This document shows positions 51,815 through 61,152 of a stretch of 64,000 nucleotides of DNA, piece by piece (positions within the stretch are counted from its first letter, which is position 1; every line of letters starts with the position of its first letter). The notes beneath the pieces were generated by a model, which was given only the letters and a program-made list of their open reading frames with translations, was not told the DNA's origin and did no database searches. Position numbers and translations under genes: made by a program. The DNA comes from an uncultured Clostridium sp. (GTDB lineage Bacteria > Bacillota > Clostridia > Ch29), in the NCBI GenBank assembly GCA_964625335.1, contig CAZVBE010000009.1, positions 13,494-77,493 of the forward strand, written 5' to 3'.

Positions 51815-52942
51815 TTAACCCAGCAGCTGAAGCACGCTCTGGGGCAGCATATTCGCCTGGGCAAGCATCGCGGTAGCAGCCTGCTGCAGGATGTTGTTCT
51901 TGGTAAACTCCATCATCTCTGCCGCCATATCCACATCCCTTATCCTGGATTCTGCGGCCTGCAGGTTTTCAGCAGATGCTCCGAGGTTGTTGATGGTGTG
52001 CTCCAATCTGTTCTGGTATGCACCTAATGTAGACCTTGTTGCAGATACTGTCTCGATTGCATCATCGATTATTCCGATAGCTGCATTTGCTCCTGTCTGA
52101 TCCGTAACATCAACGCCTGCCAGAGCAGCAATTTCGGCAGTTCCGCCAGCTGTAATCCTCATGTCGTCGATTGTCAGGGAAACAGCCTGAGAGGCATTAG
52201 CACCAATATGTATTTCAAAGCCTCCGCTTCCGGTTACTTCAAACTCAAGACCATCCAATGCATCGTCTGCTATTGAATTGTTAACGTATATGCTGACTGA
52301 CTCCCCGTTCGGGCCACCGAACGATATTACGCCGGCAGTACCTGCTACAGGAATACCCGAGATTAGAACTGTACCGGATGTACCACCAGTCAGAGTATAA
52401 GAATTGTCCGCCTGGGCGGCCAGAGTCCAAGTCTCGGCCGACAGTCCCGAGAATGACATTTTTTCAAAGGCTCCATCGGCTAACAAATCTGATACTGCAG
52501 TATCTTTGTTTAATTTTACTGCACCGTCTCCGTTTAACAATTTTGATGTGTTAAACTCCGTTGCACTGGCTATTCTGTCAAGCTCGGTTCTTAATTCATC
52601 AACCTCTTTTTGAAGCTCTTCCCTGTCTGCATCAGTATTGGTATCCGTTGCCGACTGCACTGCTAATTCTCTCATTCTTTGAAGTATTGAATGTGTTTCG
52701 CTTAATGCACCCTCTGCTGTCTGAATCATAGAGATACCATCTTGCGCATTCCTTTGAGCCTGGCTCAGGCCTCTGATCTGGCTCCTCATTTTTTCGGATA
52801 TTGCCAGGCCTGCTGCGTCATCACCGGCCCTGTTGATCCTGTAGCCCGATGACAGTTTCTCCAGCGACTTTGCACCCTGTGTCTGGTTAAAGCTTAGCTG
52901 GCGGTGCGTGTTCAACGCCATAATGTTGTTATTGATTCTCAT
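51815..52942 (-). CDS. hag: Flagellin
   Basis: ORF 51815..53047. The start is placed at the ATG at 52942, with a GGGAGG SD (MRINNNIMALNTHRQLSFNQ...). The conserved N- and C-terminal flagellin domains are present (...LPQSVLQLLG). Confidence 0.95.
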   Translation of the reverse strand: MRINNNIMALNTHRQLSFNQTQGAKSLEKLSSGYRINRAGDDAAGLAISEKMRSQIRGLSQAQRNAQDGISMIQTAEGALSETHSILQRMRELAVQSATDTNTDADREELQKEVDELRTELDRIASATEFNTSKLLNGDGAVKLNKDTAVSDLLADGAFEKMSFSGLSAETWTLAAQADNSYTLTGGTSGTVLISGIPVAGTAGVISFGGPNGESVSIYVNNSIADDALDGLEFEVTGSGGFEIHIGANASQAVSLTIDDMRITAGGTAEIAALAGVDVTDQTGANAAIGIIDDAIETVSATRSTLGAYQNRLEHTINNLGASAENLQAAESRIRDVDMAAEMMEFTKNNILQQAATAMLAQANMLPQSVLQLLG

Positions 52943-53077
52943 AATAATTCCTCCCTGAATTTTATTTTTTCCGGCATCCGTGCCGTTTTTTTCGGAAGGC
53001 CTTTGCCCTATACCCGGCCGCGATACAATAGCAAAACCTTTCCTCAATAGTATTATCGTGCTGTCTTTAATTAAACT

Positions 53078-53326
53078 TTAGCCCTGCTTCGGCTTTTTTT
53101 TGTTTTGTATAAGAATATCCAGGTCCTTTATGGAAATTTCCCTGTTTACGACAGCTTCTCTGTTTTCCTGCTGTATAGCCTCGTACACCTCATGCCTGTG
53201 TATGCTGACATCTTTGGGTGCGGATATTCCAAGTTTAACCCTGCCATCTTCGACGCCCACAACCTTTATTATAATATCTTCTCCTATGACTATACTCTCA
53301 TCCTGTTTTCTTGTGAGTATCAGCAC
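53078..53326 (-). CDS. csrA: Carbon storage regulator CsrA
   Basis: 82-aa ORF MLILTRKQDESIVIGEDIIIKVVGV... Confidence 0.95.
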   Translation of the reverse strand: MLILTRKQDESIVIGEDIIIKVVGVEDGRVKLGISAPKDVSIHRHEVYEAIQQENREAVVNREISIKDLDILIQNKKKPKQG

Positions 53327-53338
53327 GGCTCCGGCCCC

Positions 53339-53782
53339 CTAACCCGCATCCTGCATGCTGCTTACCACCGGATGTTTAAGATTGTACCTGTCATCCTCCA
53401 GCACCGTTTGCATGGCTCTGTTGTTAGTCGTATTTATCACTATCGGCGCCCTCAGGTTTACCGTCATCTTGTTCAAATTATCGGGTATTTTAACCACCGC
53501 CAGCACCAGGGCATCCTCCGGCTTTTCAAGCTGCAGCGTCTTTACCACGCTTTCAGGTATGTCGAATTCGTAATCAGCCATTACAAAAAAGGGGTTCATA
53601 ACCACAAAGGCCAGCTCCGGCCTGTCGGCCGACTGCAGCCATTTAAACACTCCTCCCCCTTCGGGGTTGTCAATCGGGATAAAGTTTTTGCAGTCCTCAA
53701 AACCAAAAATACCCGCAGGAAAATACAATACTTCACTCTCACCGTATTCCAGTTCCCCGAAAAATCTTGTTTCAGTTTTCAT
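53339..53782 (-). CDS. fliW: Flagellar assembly factor FliW
   Basis: 147-aa ORF with the FliW fold signature. It lies directly upstream of csrA. Confidence 0.9.
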   Translation of the reverse strand: MKTETRFFGELEYGESEVLYFPAGIFGFEDCKNFIPIDNPEGGGVFKWLQSADRPELAFVVMNPFFVMADYEFDIPESVVKTLQLEKPEDALVLAVVKIPDNLNKMTVNLRAPIVINTTNNRAMQTVLEDDRYNLKHPVVSSMQDAG

Positions 53783-53798
53783 AATGCTTCCCTCCCGG

Positions 53799-54356
53799 CT
53801 ATATGATTGTATCTAATAGTCTGCCTTTGTATTCTATTTCTATATACGGCCTTTGTATCATGTATACTTCTACGCCGGCCCTGCCGGCGTAGATTTCCTG
53901 TTTTACTGCAGTGGTCTCCAGCTCTACCTCTCCCATATCCCAGTTTATATCCATACCCCCTGAAAAATTTATTTTAGGCCTGCTTTTGGGCATGGCCATG
54001 ATTGTAAAATCAGCTGATTTTTGCATGACGCTTTTTGCCAGTACAGGTATTGCCTTTGGGTTTTTATTAACCCTGGCAAGAAAATCTCCTTTCCGGGCTG
54101 TGGATGCTGTCGCCCTTTGACCTTTTTGTTTTGACGCTTGCGCCATAGCCTTGGTAAAAACATCCGCCGTTTTGAGCCCGACCTCGCAAAAGCACTGCTT
54201 CTGGTCGATGTGTATCTGCATGGGCCGCATATCTGTCTGTATCCTCGGCAGCCTGCTTGTGGTCTTTACAGCAGCCCTTTGACTTTTTATACTAATAATG
54301 GCATCAGTAGTATTGATGCCAAGTCTTCCGAAACTTTGGTTTATTTGAAGGCCCAT
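53799..54356 (-). CDS. Hypothetical protein in the yviE position (between flgL and fliW)
   Basis: 185-aa ORF. The assignment rests on synteny with the B. subtilis flgL-yviE-fliW-csrA-hag arrangement only. Confidence 0.5.
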   Translation of the reverse strand: MGLQINQSFGRLGINTTDAIISIKSQRAAVKTTSRLPRIQTDMRPMQIHIDQKQCFCEVGLKTADVFTKAMAQASKQKGQRATASTARKGDFLARVNKNPKAIPVLAKSVMQKSADFTIMAMPKSRPKINFSGGMDINWDMGEVELETTAVKQEIYAGRAGVEVYMIQRPYIEIEYKGRLLDTII

Positions 54357-54370
54357 ACTCTGTCACCGAC

Positions 54371-55261
54371 CTATCTTAAAAAATCCACAAGAGTAGGCTG
54401 AATAATCCTGGATCCTCCTGCAAGAGCAGCCATATACACATTCTCCTCGTTCTTGAGCCGGATGATAACCTCCGCCATATCCACGTCCTCTGTTTTAGAC
54501 AAAAGGTTGTTGAAATTCAACTTTTCGTCCTCCAGCCGGTTTACCACCAGTTCAACCCTGTTGACCTTTGCGCCGGTCTCGGAAATCATTGTCAAAATAT
54601 TCTCAATATGGATATCCACATCCTCCAGGAATGCGCCGACTGCTTGGGAATCCCCGGCATTAAGCGAACCTATAAGGATTTCCATATCCGCCAGAAGATC
54701 CTTTCCCCCCGGGCTGAATATATCCGTTCCCGTTATGTTTGCCTGTAAAATGTCGCTTACCCCCACCTGGTACATTATTTGACCTGCATCTCCCATATAG
54801 TCTAAACCGTTGCCTGCATCAAGCCCAATGGGAGCCTGGTCGGTTATATAGCCTGCAAATATATGTTTTCCCATATAGGTACTATTGCCAAGGGATACCA
54901 GCTCATCCCTCATCTGTGCCGCTTCGTCGGCAATCTTCTGGCTGTCCTCGTCGCTCAATATGCCGTTGGCACCCTGAATCATCAGTTCCCTCACCCTTTG
55001 AAGCACCTCTTTAATCTGCATAAGGGCTGTTTCGGTGGTATCCAGCCAGGACAAAGCGTCGCCGGCGTTTTTACGAAACTGTTGGTTCTCATTAAGGTCG
55101 GCCCTCAGCTTTAGACTGCGGGCAACCCCTACCGGGTCGTCGGAGGGCATCCGAAATTTTTTGCCGCTCGACATCTCGTCATTTGCCTTTTCCAGACGCC
55201 GCAGGTTTGAATTAAGGTTTTTCATCATATTGCTTACAAGCATGTTGTTGGTAACTCTCAT
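54371..55261 (-). CDS. flgL: Flagellar hook-associated protein 3
   Basis: 296-aa ORF MRVTNNMLVSNMMKNLNSNLRRLEKANDEMSSGKK... with a flagellin-like N-terminal domain. Confidence 0.9.
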   Translation of the reverse strand: MRVTNNMLVSNMMKNLNSNLRRLEKANDEMSSGKKFRMPSDDPVGVARSLKLRADLNENQQFRKNAGDALSWLDTTETALMQIKEVLQRVRELMIQGANGILSDEDSQKIADEAAQMRDELVSLGNSTYMGKHIFAGYITDQAPIGLDAGNGLDYMGDAGQIMYQVGVSDILQANITGTDIFSPGGKDLLADMEILIGSLNAGDSQAVGAFLEDVDIHIENILTMISETGAKVNRVELVVNRLEDEKLNFNNLLSKTEDVDMAEVIIRLKNEENVYMAALAGGSRIIQPTLVDFLR

Positions 55262-55278
55262 AATTCCGGATCACTCCC

Positions 55279-56823
55279 TTATCTGCCTACAAGGCCGGTC
55301 CTGTTTACCAGTGTCTCTATCATCTCGTCCATGGCTGTTATTAGCCTTGCCGCCGCATTGTAGCTGTGCTGGAACTTTACCATATTCGCCATTTCCTCGT
55401 CTATCGATACTCCCGATGTGGACATCCTCAGCCTTTCAGTCTGGTTTACCAGTACCTCCTGGTTGTCCCTCATCCTTATGGCTTCCTGCCCGTCCACCCC
55501 CAGCGTTGAAATCAAAGACTTGGTAAAATCCTCGGGAGTCCCATAGGCCGGAAATACGTTCTGATGCCGCAGCCCCGCCATCTCCAACCCCTTCGAGGCA
55601 TCCCCCGGTATGGTATCATGGCTTGCCGCCACCGCTATGCAGTTAAGGTCGTTGAATATTTCCTTGGAGATTGTTATGTTCTTGGCGGTTATAAACGGGT
55701 CTATAGCCGTTCTTACACCCGATCCGTCCTCGGTGTATGAATCCGCAGTTATATCGTTGGTAAAGAACAGTATCTGCTCTCCTCCCGGCTGGGTATAATC
55801 ACCGCTTAACCCATAGGCAGACGTATGTATATCGTTAATCGCAGCTGCAAACTCGCCGGCGAATTTGTTAAGCTCTCTCATATAAAAGGGTACGCCCTTA
55901 TAGGTGCCTGGGGAGCCGTCGCTGTCTCTTATGTCGAGAAGTCCCCGGAGTTCTCCGCCCTTCGGGTTAAAGTCACCGCCGTCGTCCCATAAAATCTCGT
56001 AAAGCCCGCCGGCATCAACATCGGGGTTTTTAACGTCTATCATCTCCCCGTTATATTCCTTTCCCCTTTCCGCCAGCACCAGCCGGTTGTAGCTGGTATG
56101 GTTCACAAGGAGCCTGCCTCCTATGCTTACACGGAAGTTTCCGTTTGTATCTTCAAAGGTTTTAACGTCAACCACTGAGGACAATCTGTCCACCAATAGT
56201 TCCCTTCTGTCCCTCAGGTCGTTTGCATTGGACCCGTCAAGCTCATACCGCATAATCTGACGGTTAAGCTCGCTTATCTGCTGTGCATATGAATTTATTT
56301 CCTTAACCTTAGTTTCAACAGCAAAGTTCGCATCGGTCTGTATTTTTTCAAACTGAGTGGCCATGTCGTTCAGGCTGTTTGTAAAAGCAATGGCTGTCTG
56401 ACGCACCAGGGCTCTTACCGTAAGGTCCCCGGCCTTCTCCCCGTTGCTAAGCTCCTGCATGGCTGTGAATAACTTGTCTATTACTGTGTTTAACCCGGCG
56501 TCCGAAGGTTCGTTGAACACCATTTCTATCTCTGTTAGCAGCTGGCTTTTGGCGCTCCATTCACCCAGCATCGAGCTCTCGCCCCAGAACTTCACATCCA
56601 AAAAACCGTTCCTTAAACGTTCAATCTGCTGAACCTCAACGCCGCTGCCCAGCATACCCCTGCCGCCCAGCACCTCCATAGGCCTTGTTGTTTCCAGAAC
56701 CGCCCTCTGCCTTGAATAGCCTTCGGTGTTTACATTGGCGATATTGTGCCCGGTAACATCAAGTGCTCTCTGCTGCGCATAAAGGCCCTTTATTACAATG
56801 TTCAGCCCCGTAAAGGAACTCAT
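55279..56823 (-). CDS. flgK: Flagellar hook-associated protein 1
   Basis: ORF to 56832 (GTG). The ATG at 56823 (MSSFTGLNIVIKGLYAQQ...) has better SD spacing. Confidence 0.9.
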   Translation of the reverse strand: MSSFTGLNIVIKGLYAQQRALDVTGHNIANVNTEGYSRQRAVLETTRPMEVLGGRGMLGSGVEVQQIERLRNGFLDVKFWGESSMLGEWSAKSQLLTEIEMVFNEPSDAGLNTVIDKLFTAMQELSNGEKAGDLTVRALVRQTAIAFTNSLNDMATQFEKIQTDANFAVETKVKEINSYAQQISELNRQIMRYELDGSNANDLRDRRELLVDRLSSVVDVKTFEDTNGNFRVSIGGRLLVNHTSYNRLVLAERGKEYNGEMIDVKNPDVDAGGLYEILWDDGGDFNPKGGELRGLLDIRDSDGSPGTYKGVPFYMRELNKFAGEFAAAINDIHTSAYGLSGDYTQPGGEQILFFTNDITADSYTEDGSGVRTAIDPFITAKNITISKEIFNDLNCIAVAASHDTIPGDASKGLEMAGLRHQNVFPAYGTPEDFTKSLISTLGVDGQEAIRMRDNQEVLVNQTERLRMSTSGVSIDEEMANMVKFQHSYNAAARLITAMDEMIETLVNRTGLVGR

Positions 56824-56838
56824 GCCAATCACTCCTGC

Positions 56839-57381
56839 CTACACTTTTTTATCAAAAAAGCTTGCTCCCCCGCCCTTACCCTTTTTATCCTTTTTATCGT
56901 TGTAAGTCAACTCGGAGGAAGTGCCCGAAATAAGGTTTATAGAAAAATCTATATATTCCAGAGACTTCTCTATAAGATGGCTGTTGAGGTCGTTCACTTC
57001 CTTAAGCTCCTTAAGGGTTAAAGCTATCTCATCCCTGTAATTGGTAAATCTGTCCCTCAGCTCTTCCCCTGTTTTCTCAATAACCAACGTAAAGTTAAGC
57101 TGCTCGGGTTGTATATCCAAGTTCCCGGCCAATTCATTCACAATCTCTTCCCTTTGCTGCTCAAGGCGGCCTGCGTTCATCACCATCTTGTGTTCAACCC
57201 CGGTCAACTGTTCCAGGGTCGCAACCTTTCCTTCCACAATGGTATCCGTCTTATGCCTTGACAGATCCAGGATATCCCTGTAGAGCCTGCCTTCCTCCTC
57301 AAGAATATCTATCAATTTTTCCCACAAAGCTTCCATATCCCTCATCCCCAAAGAATTTAATTGTTTAAACCTTTTTGTCAA
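56839..57381 (-). CDS. flgN: Flagellar export chaperone FlgN
   Basis: FlgN-family helical protein. The start is either the TTG at 57381 (which overlaps the flgM stop) or the ATG at 57345 (MRDMEALWEKL...). The C-terminus is ...GASFFDKKV. Confidence 0.75.
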   Translation of the reverse strand: MTKRFKQLNSLGMRDMEALWEKLIDILEEEGRLYRDILDLSRHKTDTIVEGKVATLEQLTGVEHKMVMNAGRLEQQREEIVNELAGNLDIQPEQLNFTLVIEKTGEELRDRFTNYRDEIALTLKELKEVNDLNSHLIEKSLEYIDFSINLISGTSSELTYNDKKDKKGKGGGASFFDKKV

Positions 57382-57667
57382 AAAACAGGCTGTCTATTAT
57401 CCTTTCCGCAACCTCTTCTGCGTTTACATTGTACTCCCCGGCAGTTATCTTTGCTTTAAGCTGCTTTACCTTGTCCTGTCTGACATCGGTTGTCTCGTTT
57501 AATGCCCTTAGTGCAACCTGGAAATCCCGGGCCTCTGCGGACAGCTCAATTTTATCCACTCCTGATGTCCCCTTAACAACGGAAGTCTTTTCTGTCCGGG
57601 CAGGCTGTGCCCCCTGCTTCTTATAGATCCCGAGTATCTTTTCCAGGCCGCCGCCATTAATTTTCAT
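57365..57667 (-). CDS. flgM: Anti-sigma-28 factor FlgM
   Basis: 100-aa ORF MKINGGG... The C-terminus is ...DSLFFDKKV. Confidence 0.85.
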   Translation of the reverse strand: MKINGGGLEKILGIYKKQGAQPARTEKTSVVKGTSGVDKIELSAEARDFQVALRALNETTDVRQDKVKQLKAKITAGEYNVNAEEVAERIIDSLFFDKKV

Positions 57668-57725
57668 AGCACATCACCCCATTTCCACTACTTCATAGAA
57701 TATATCGTCAATATTTCCTGATAGA

Positions 57726-58133
57726 TTAATATTTTTTTCTCCTGTATGCCGTATACATCTGGTTCTTTTCACGGCTGCTCTGTATGTCCGGTCTCGTTAG
57801 TCCCCTCTTAAACTGGCTTTCCATGGAATACGCACATTCTTTGCAATACCTGCCGGTGGTTATGGGCCTTCCACACCTTTCGCATCCGAGTACCATATTG
57901 GGATTATCACTGCCTAATTCCAGTTTGCCTTCCCGGAGAAACTGCAGTATTTTTTCAACAGGAACGTCAAGGGCCTCGGATACTTCAACGGTGTTGCACC
58001 TCTGATGCTTTTCAATATATTCCTTCACCAACCTGTAAGTCTCCTCATCCTGCCCGACACAGGCACTGCATATTGAAACCCCGTTGTATACGAATAATTT
58101 TCCGCACCTTTTGCAATTACGAAAATCTCCCAT
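57726..58133 (-). CDS. Flagellar-operon zinc-ribbon protein (YvyF-like)
   Basis: The start is placed at the ATG at 58133, with a GAGGAGG SD. MGDFRNCKRCGKLFVYNGVSICSACVG...CERCGRPITTGRYCKEC has two CxxC pairs. Confidence 0.7.
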   Translation of the reverse strand: MGDFRNCKRCGKLFVYNGVSICSACVGQDEETYRLVKEYIEKHQRCNTVEVSEALDVPVEKILQFLREGKLELGSDNPNMVLGCERCGRPITTGRYCKECAYSMESQFKRGLTRPDIQSSREKNQMYTAYRRKKY

Positions 58134-58149
58134 CCATATTCCTCCTCTT

Positions 58150-58884
58150 TTATATATCTCTGCCGGAGGACAGCGTAAATACATACACTTTATCTGCCCC
58201 TTTTTCCTTTAATGCTTTTGAGCACTGATTGACAGTCGTACCTGTAGTATATATATCGTCAATCAGAAGGATATTCTTAAGAGCCAATTCCTGTTTGTTT
58301 TTAAGTTCAAAGGCGCCCTCCAAGGCCTTGGCCCTTTGAATCCGCGTTAAACCGCTGAGGGGAGGAGTGTTTTTTTGCCGCACCAAAATATCCATCACAG
58401 CCTTTCCCTTTAGCTCCCGGGCAATGGTTTTGGCCAGCAGACGGGACTGGTTATATCCTCTGAGCCTTTGCTTCCCCGGGTGCAGCGGTACCGGTACTAT
58501 AATATCAACGACCCTGTCCAGCCCTATTTCTCTTATCCTGTCCGCCATCATCCTTCCGAAGGGGCGGGCAAGGCAGGACCTTCCGGTATATTTGAAAAAA
58601 TATATGCTTTCCTTTGCCCTGTCATCGTATACGCAAAGGGAATAGGCCCTGTCAAAAAAATGGGAAAAACTGCGGCAGTCGCTGCACAGACCGCCGCCTG
58701 CAAGGTACTTGCCGCAGTTTTTGCAGCTGCGGCTTCCTATAAAAGTAATGCTCTGGCTGCAGCTTTGGCATACCCCGTACCTGTGCTGCCCGCGGATTTT
58801 CCCGCCGCACAGGTAGCAGTTTATGCCCTCGGGATAAAGGAGGTCTAAAAAGCCCTCCCAAATGTCCTTCAGCAGAACCTTCAT
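58150..58884 (-). CDS. comFC: ComF-family phosphoribosyltransferase (ComFC)
   Basis: 244-aa ORF with N-terminal Cys-rich CxxC pairs and the PRTase motif LLIDDIYTTGTT. Confidence 0.88.
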   Translation of the reverse strand: MKVLLKDIWEGFLDLLYPEGINCYLCGGKIRGQHRYGVCQSCSQSITFIGSRSCKNCGKYLAGGGLCSDCRSFSHFFDRAYSLCVYDDRAKESIYFFKYTGRSCLARPFGRMMADRIREIGLDRVVDIIVPVPLHPGKQRLRGYNQSRLLAKTIARELKGKAVMDILVRQKNTPPLSGLTRIQRAKALEGAFELKNKQELALKNILLIDDIYTTGTTVNQCSKALKEKGADKVYVFTLSSGRDI

Positions 58885-58899
58885 TCCGCCATCCCCCTC

Positions 58900-61113
58900 C
58901 TACAGCCCCGAAAGTATCTCCCTCATCCTCCTGTCAAGGGCCGAATACCTTTTGGTTATCCTATTGTTATCCACCATTCTGCGCAGGTACTTTTCCCCGC
59001 CCACCAGTATCACCAGCTGTCTTGCCCTGCTCACTGCCGTGTATAGCAAATTCCTGGTAACCAGCATAGGCGGGCCCCAGAACACCGGCATCACCATTAC
59101 CGGGAATTCACTGCCCTGGCTCTTATGAACGGTAACAGCATAGGCCGGTTCCAGTTCATCCAGCTGGTTGAACCGGTAGCACACCCTTCTGTCATCGTCA
59201 AATACGACCACCAGTTCCTGTTCCTCTTCATCAATGCTCTCAATTATGCCAAGGTCACCGTTAAACACCCCTTCCCCTTCGGCCGCGGTTCCATCGGTGG
59301 CCTCCCACTTGAGGGTGTAATTGTTCTTAACCTGCATAATCCTGTCCCCCACCCGCAGCAGGGTATTTCCCGATTCCCTTTCTCCCTTGCCAGGAGCGGG
59401 AGGGTTGAGGCTCTCCCTTATCCTTACGTTAAGGTTGTCCACACCTATAGCACCCTTTCTCATCGGGGAAAGGACCTGAATGTCGGTCATCGGGTTATAC
59501 CCGTTATACCGGGGCAAACGGTTTTTACACAAATCTATTATGGTATCAACCGCCTGCTGCATGTCCCTTGTCTCAATGAAAAAGAAGTCTCCGTCCCTGG
59601 AGTTGGCAACCGGATACTTTCCCTCATTAATCCTGTGGGCGTTTACCACTATGGAGCTTTCGCTCCCCTGTCGGAATATTTTCTTAAGCCTTACCACCCT
59701 TACTACACCGCTGCATATTATATCCTTAAGCACATTGCCCGGTCCCACCGACGGGAGCTGGTCCACATCCCCAACCATGACCAGCCGGGTCCCAGGCTCC
59801 ACCGCCTTAAGCAGATTATGCATAAGCAGTATGTCAACCATTGAAACTTCGTCTATTATAAGCAGATTACAGTCCAGGGGATTGTCCTCATTCCTGCCGA
59901 AACCCGACCCATGTCCGTTTTCCTGATACGAAAACTCAAGCATCCGGTGGATGGTACTCGCTTGTCTGCCACAGGCCTGGGCCATACGTTTTGCCGCCCG
60001 GCCGGTGGGGGCCGCCAGCGCAATTTTGAGACCCTTCCCTTCAAACAAATCAATTACAGCCTTAATGATTGTAGTCTTGCCGGTACCCGGCCCCCCGGTG
60101 ACCACTACTACTCCGTTATTTACAGACTGGGCCACCGCTTCCTTCTGGGCCTCATCCAGTACAATTCCATGCTTTGTCTCATATCCGGCAATTTCGCCTT
60201 CAAAATCCATTTCAAAGGTACCATAGTCCATCAAAGACAGCCCGGCAAGCTTGGCCGCCACCGAGGTCTCGGCATAATAAAAGGGCATATAGTATACAAC
60301 CTGGTCATCGGCCCCCTGCTCAAGCTTCACCTGTCCTGAAATGGCCAGCGAGGCTATTGCATCCTCCACCTGCGACTGTTCCACACCCAAAAGCTCTGCT
60401 GCCCGCCCTGCCAGCAGAGCTTTTGGCGCATATACATGCCCGGCGCCGGCAAATTCAGTAAGCACAAATTTAGTCCCGGCAATAACCCTTCCGGTTGAAT
60501 TGTGCTCCATACCCATGCTCATTGCAATCCTGTCCGCCCTTTTAAAGCCTATTCCCTCTACGTCATCCACCAGCCTGTACGGATTTTGCCTGATAAGCTT
60601 TATTGTTTCTTCCCTGTATTTTTTATATATTTTCAGTGCGAAGGCTGTGCTGATATCATAGGTCTGCAGGAACATCAACACCTCGCGGAGGCCCCTTTGT
60701 TCTTCAAAGGCTTCGGCTATTCTCTGCGCCTTTTTCTCCCCTATGCCCTCCACCCGGGTAAGCTGCCCGGGATTATACTGGATGATATCCAGGCTGTCTT
60801 TGCCCAGAACATCCACTATCTTTTTCGCCGTTTTTGGCCCGATACCGGGTATCAGGCCTGAAGCCAGGTATTTTTCAATACCCTCCAGGGTTGACGGGGT
60901 TATGCTGGAATAATCGGAAACCTGTACCTGTTCCCCGTAAACCGGATGGTATATCCATTCCCCTCTTATTTTCAGGTTTTCACCTTCCCTTGCAAGGGGC
61001 AGAAAGCCTACCAGGGTTATTCTGTCGCCTTCGCAGTCAAATCTTATAATGGAATACCCGTTTTCCTCATTTCTGAATACTATACCCGCTACAGTGCCCT
61101 CCAACTCAAGCAT
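58900..61113 (-). CDS. recD2: ATP-dependent RecD-like DNA helicase (RecD2/YrrC type)
   Basis: 737-aa ORF with the HhH repeat GIGPKTAKKI, the Walker A GGPGTGKTT, DEVSMVD, and C-terminal helicase motifs. Confidence 0.9.
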   Translation of the reverse strand: MLELEGTVAGIVFRNEENGYSIIRFDCEGDRITLVGFLPLAREGENLKIRGEWIYHPVYGEQVQVSDYSSITPSTLEGIEKYLASGLIPGIGPKTAKKIVDVLGKDSLDIIQYNPGQLTRVEGIGEKKAQRIAEAFEEQRGLREVLMFLQTYDISTAFALKIYKKYREETIKLIRQNPYRLVDDVEGIGFKRADRIAMSMGMEHNSTGRVIAGTKFVLTEFAGAGHVYAPKALLAGRAAELLGVEQSQVEDAIASLAISGQVKLEQGADDQVVYYMPFYYAETSVAAKLAGLSLMDYGTFEMDFEGEIAGYETKHGIVLDEAQKEAVAQSVNNGVVVVTGGPGTGKTTIIKAVIDLFEGKGLKIALAAPTGRAAKRMAQACGRQASTIHRMLEFSYQENGHGSGFGRNEDNPLDCNLLIIDEVSMVDILLMHNLLKAVEPGTRLVMVGDVDQLPSVGPGNVLKDIICSGVVRVVRLKKIFRQGSESSIVVNAHRINEGKYPVANSRDGDFFFIETRDMQQAVDTIIDLCKNRLPRYNGYNPMTDIQVLSPMRKGAIGVDNLNVRIRESLNPPAPGKGERESGNTLLRVGDRIMQVKNNYTLKWEATDGTAAEGEGVFNGDLGIIESIDEEEQELVVVFDDDRRVCYRFNQLDELEPAYAVTVHKSQGSEFPVMVMPVFWGPPMLVTRNLLYTAVSRARQLVILVGGEKYLRRMVDNNRITKRYSALDRRMREILSGL

Positions 61114-61152
61114 ATACTTTACCTCCCGACGCTTTGCTACATCAAGATTATA

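Noticed and set aside
58900-61113. Calling the 737-aa helicase ComFA because it is adjacent to comFC.
   Set aside because: The motif set (HhH repeat, SF1 RecD-like Walker A GGPGTGKTT, C-terminal RecD signature) and the length fit RecD2/YrrC. ComFA is a DEAD-box-type SF2 protein of ~460 aa.
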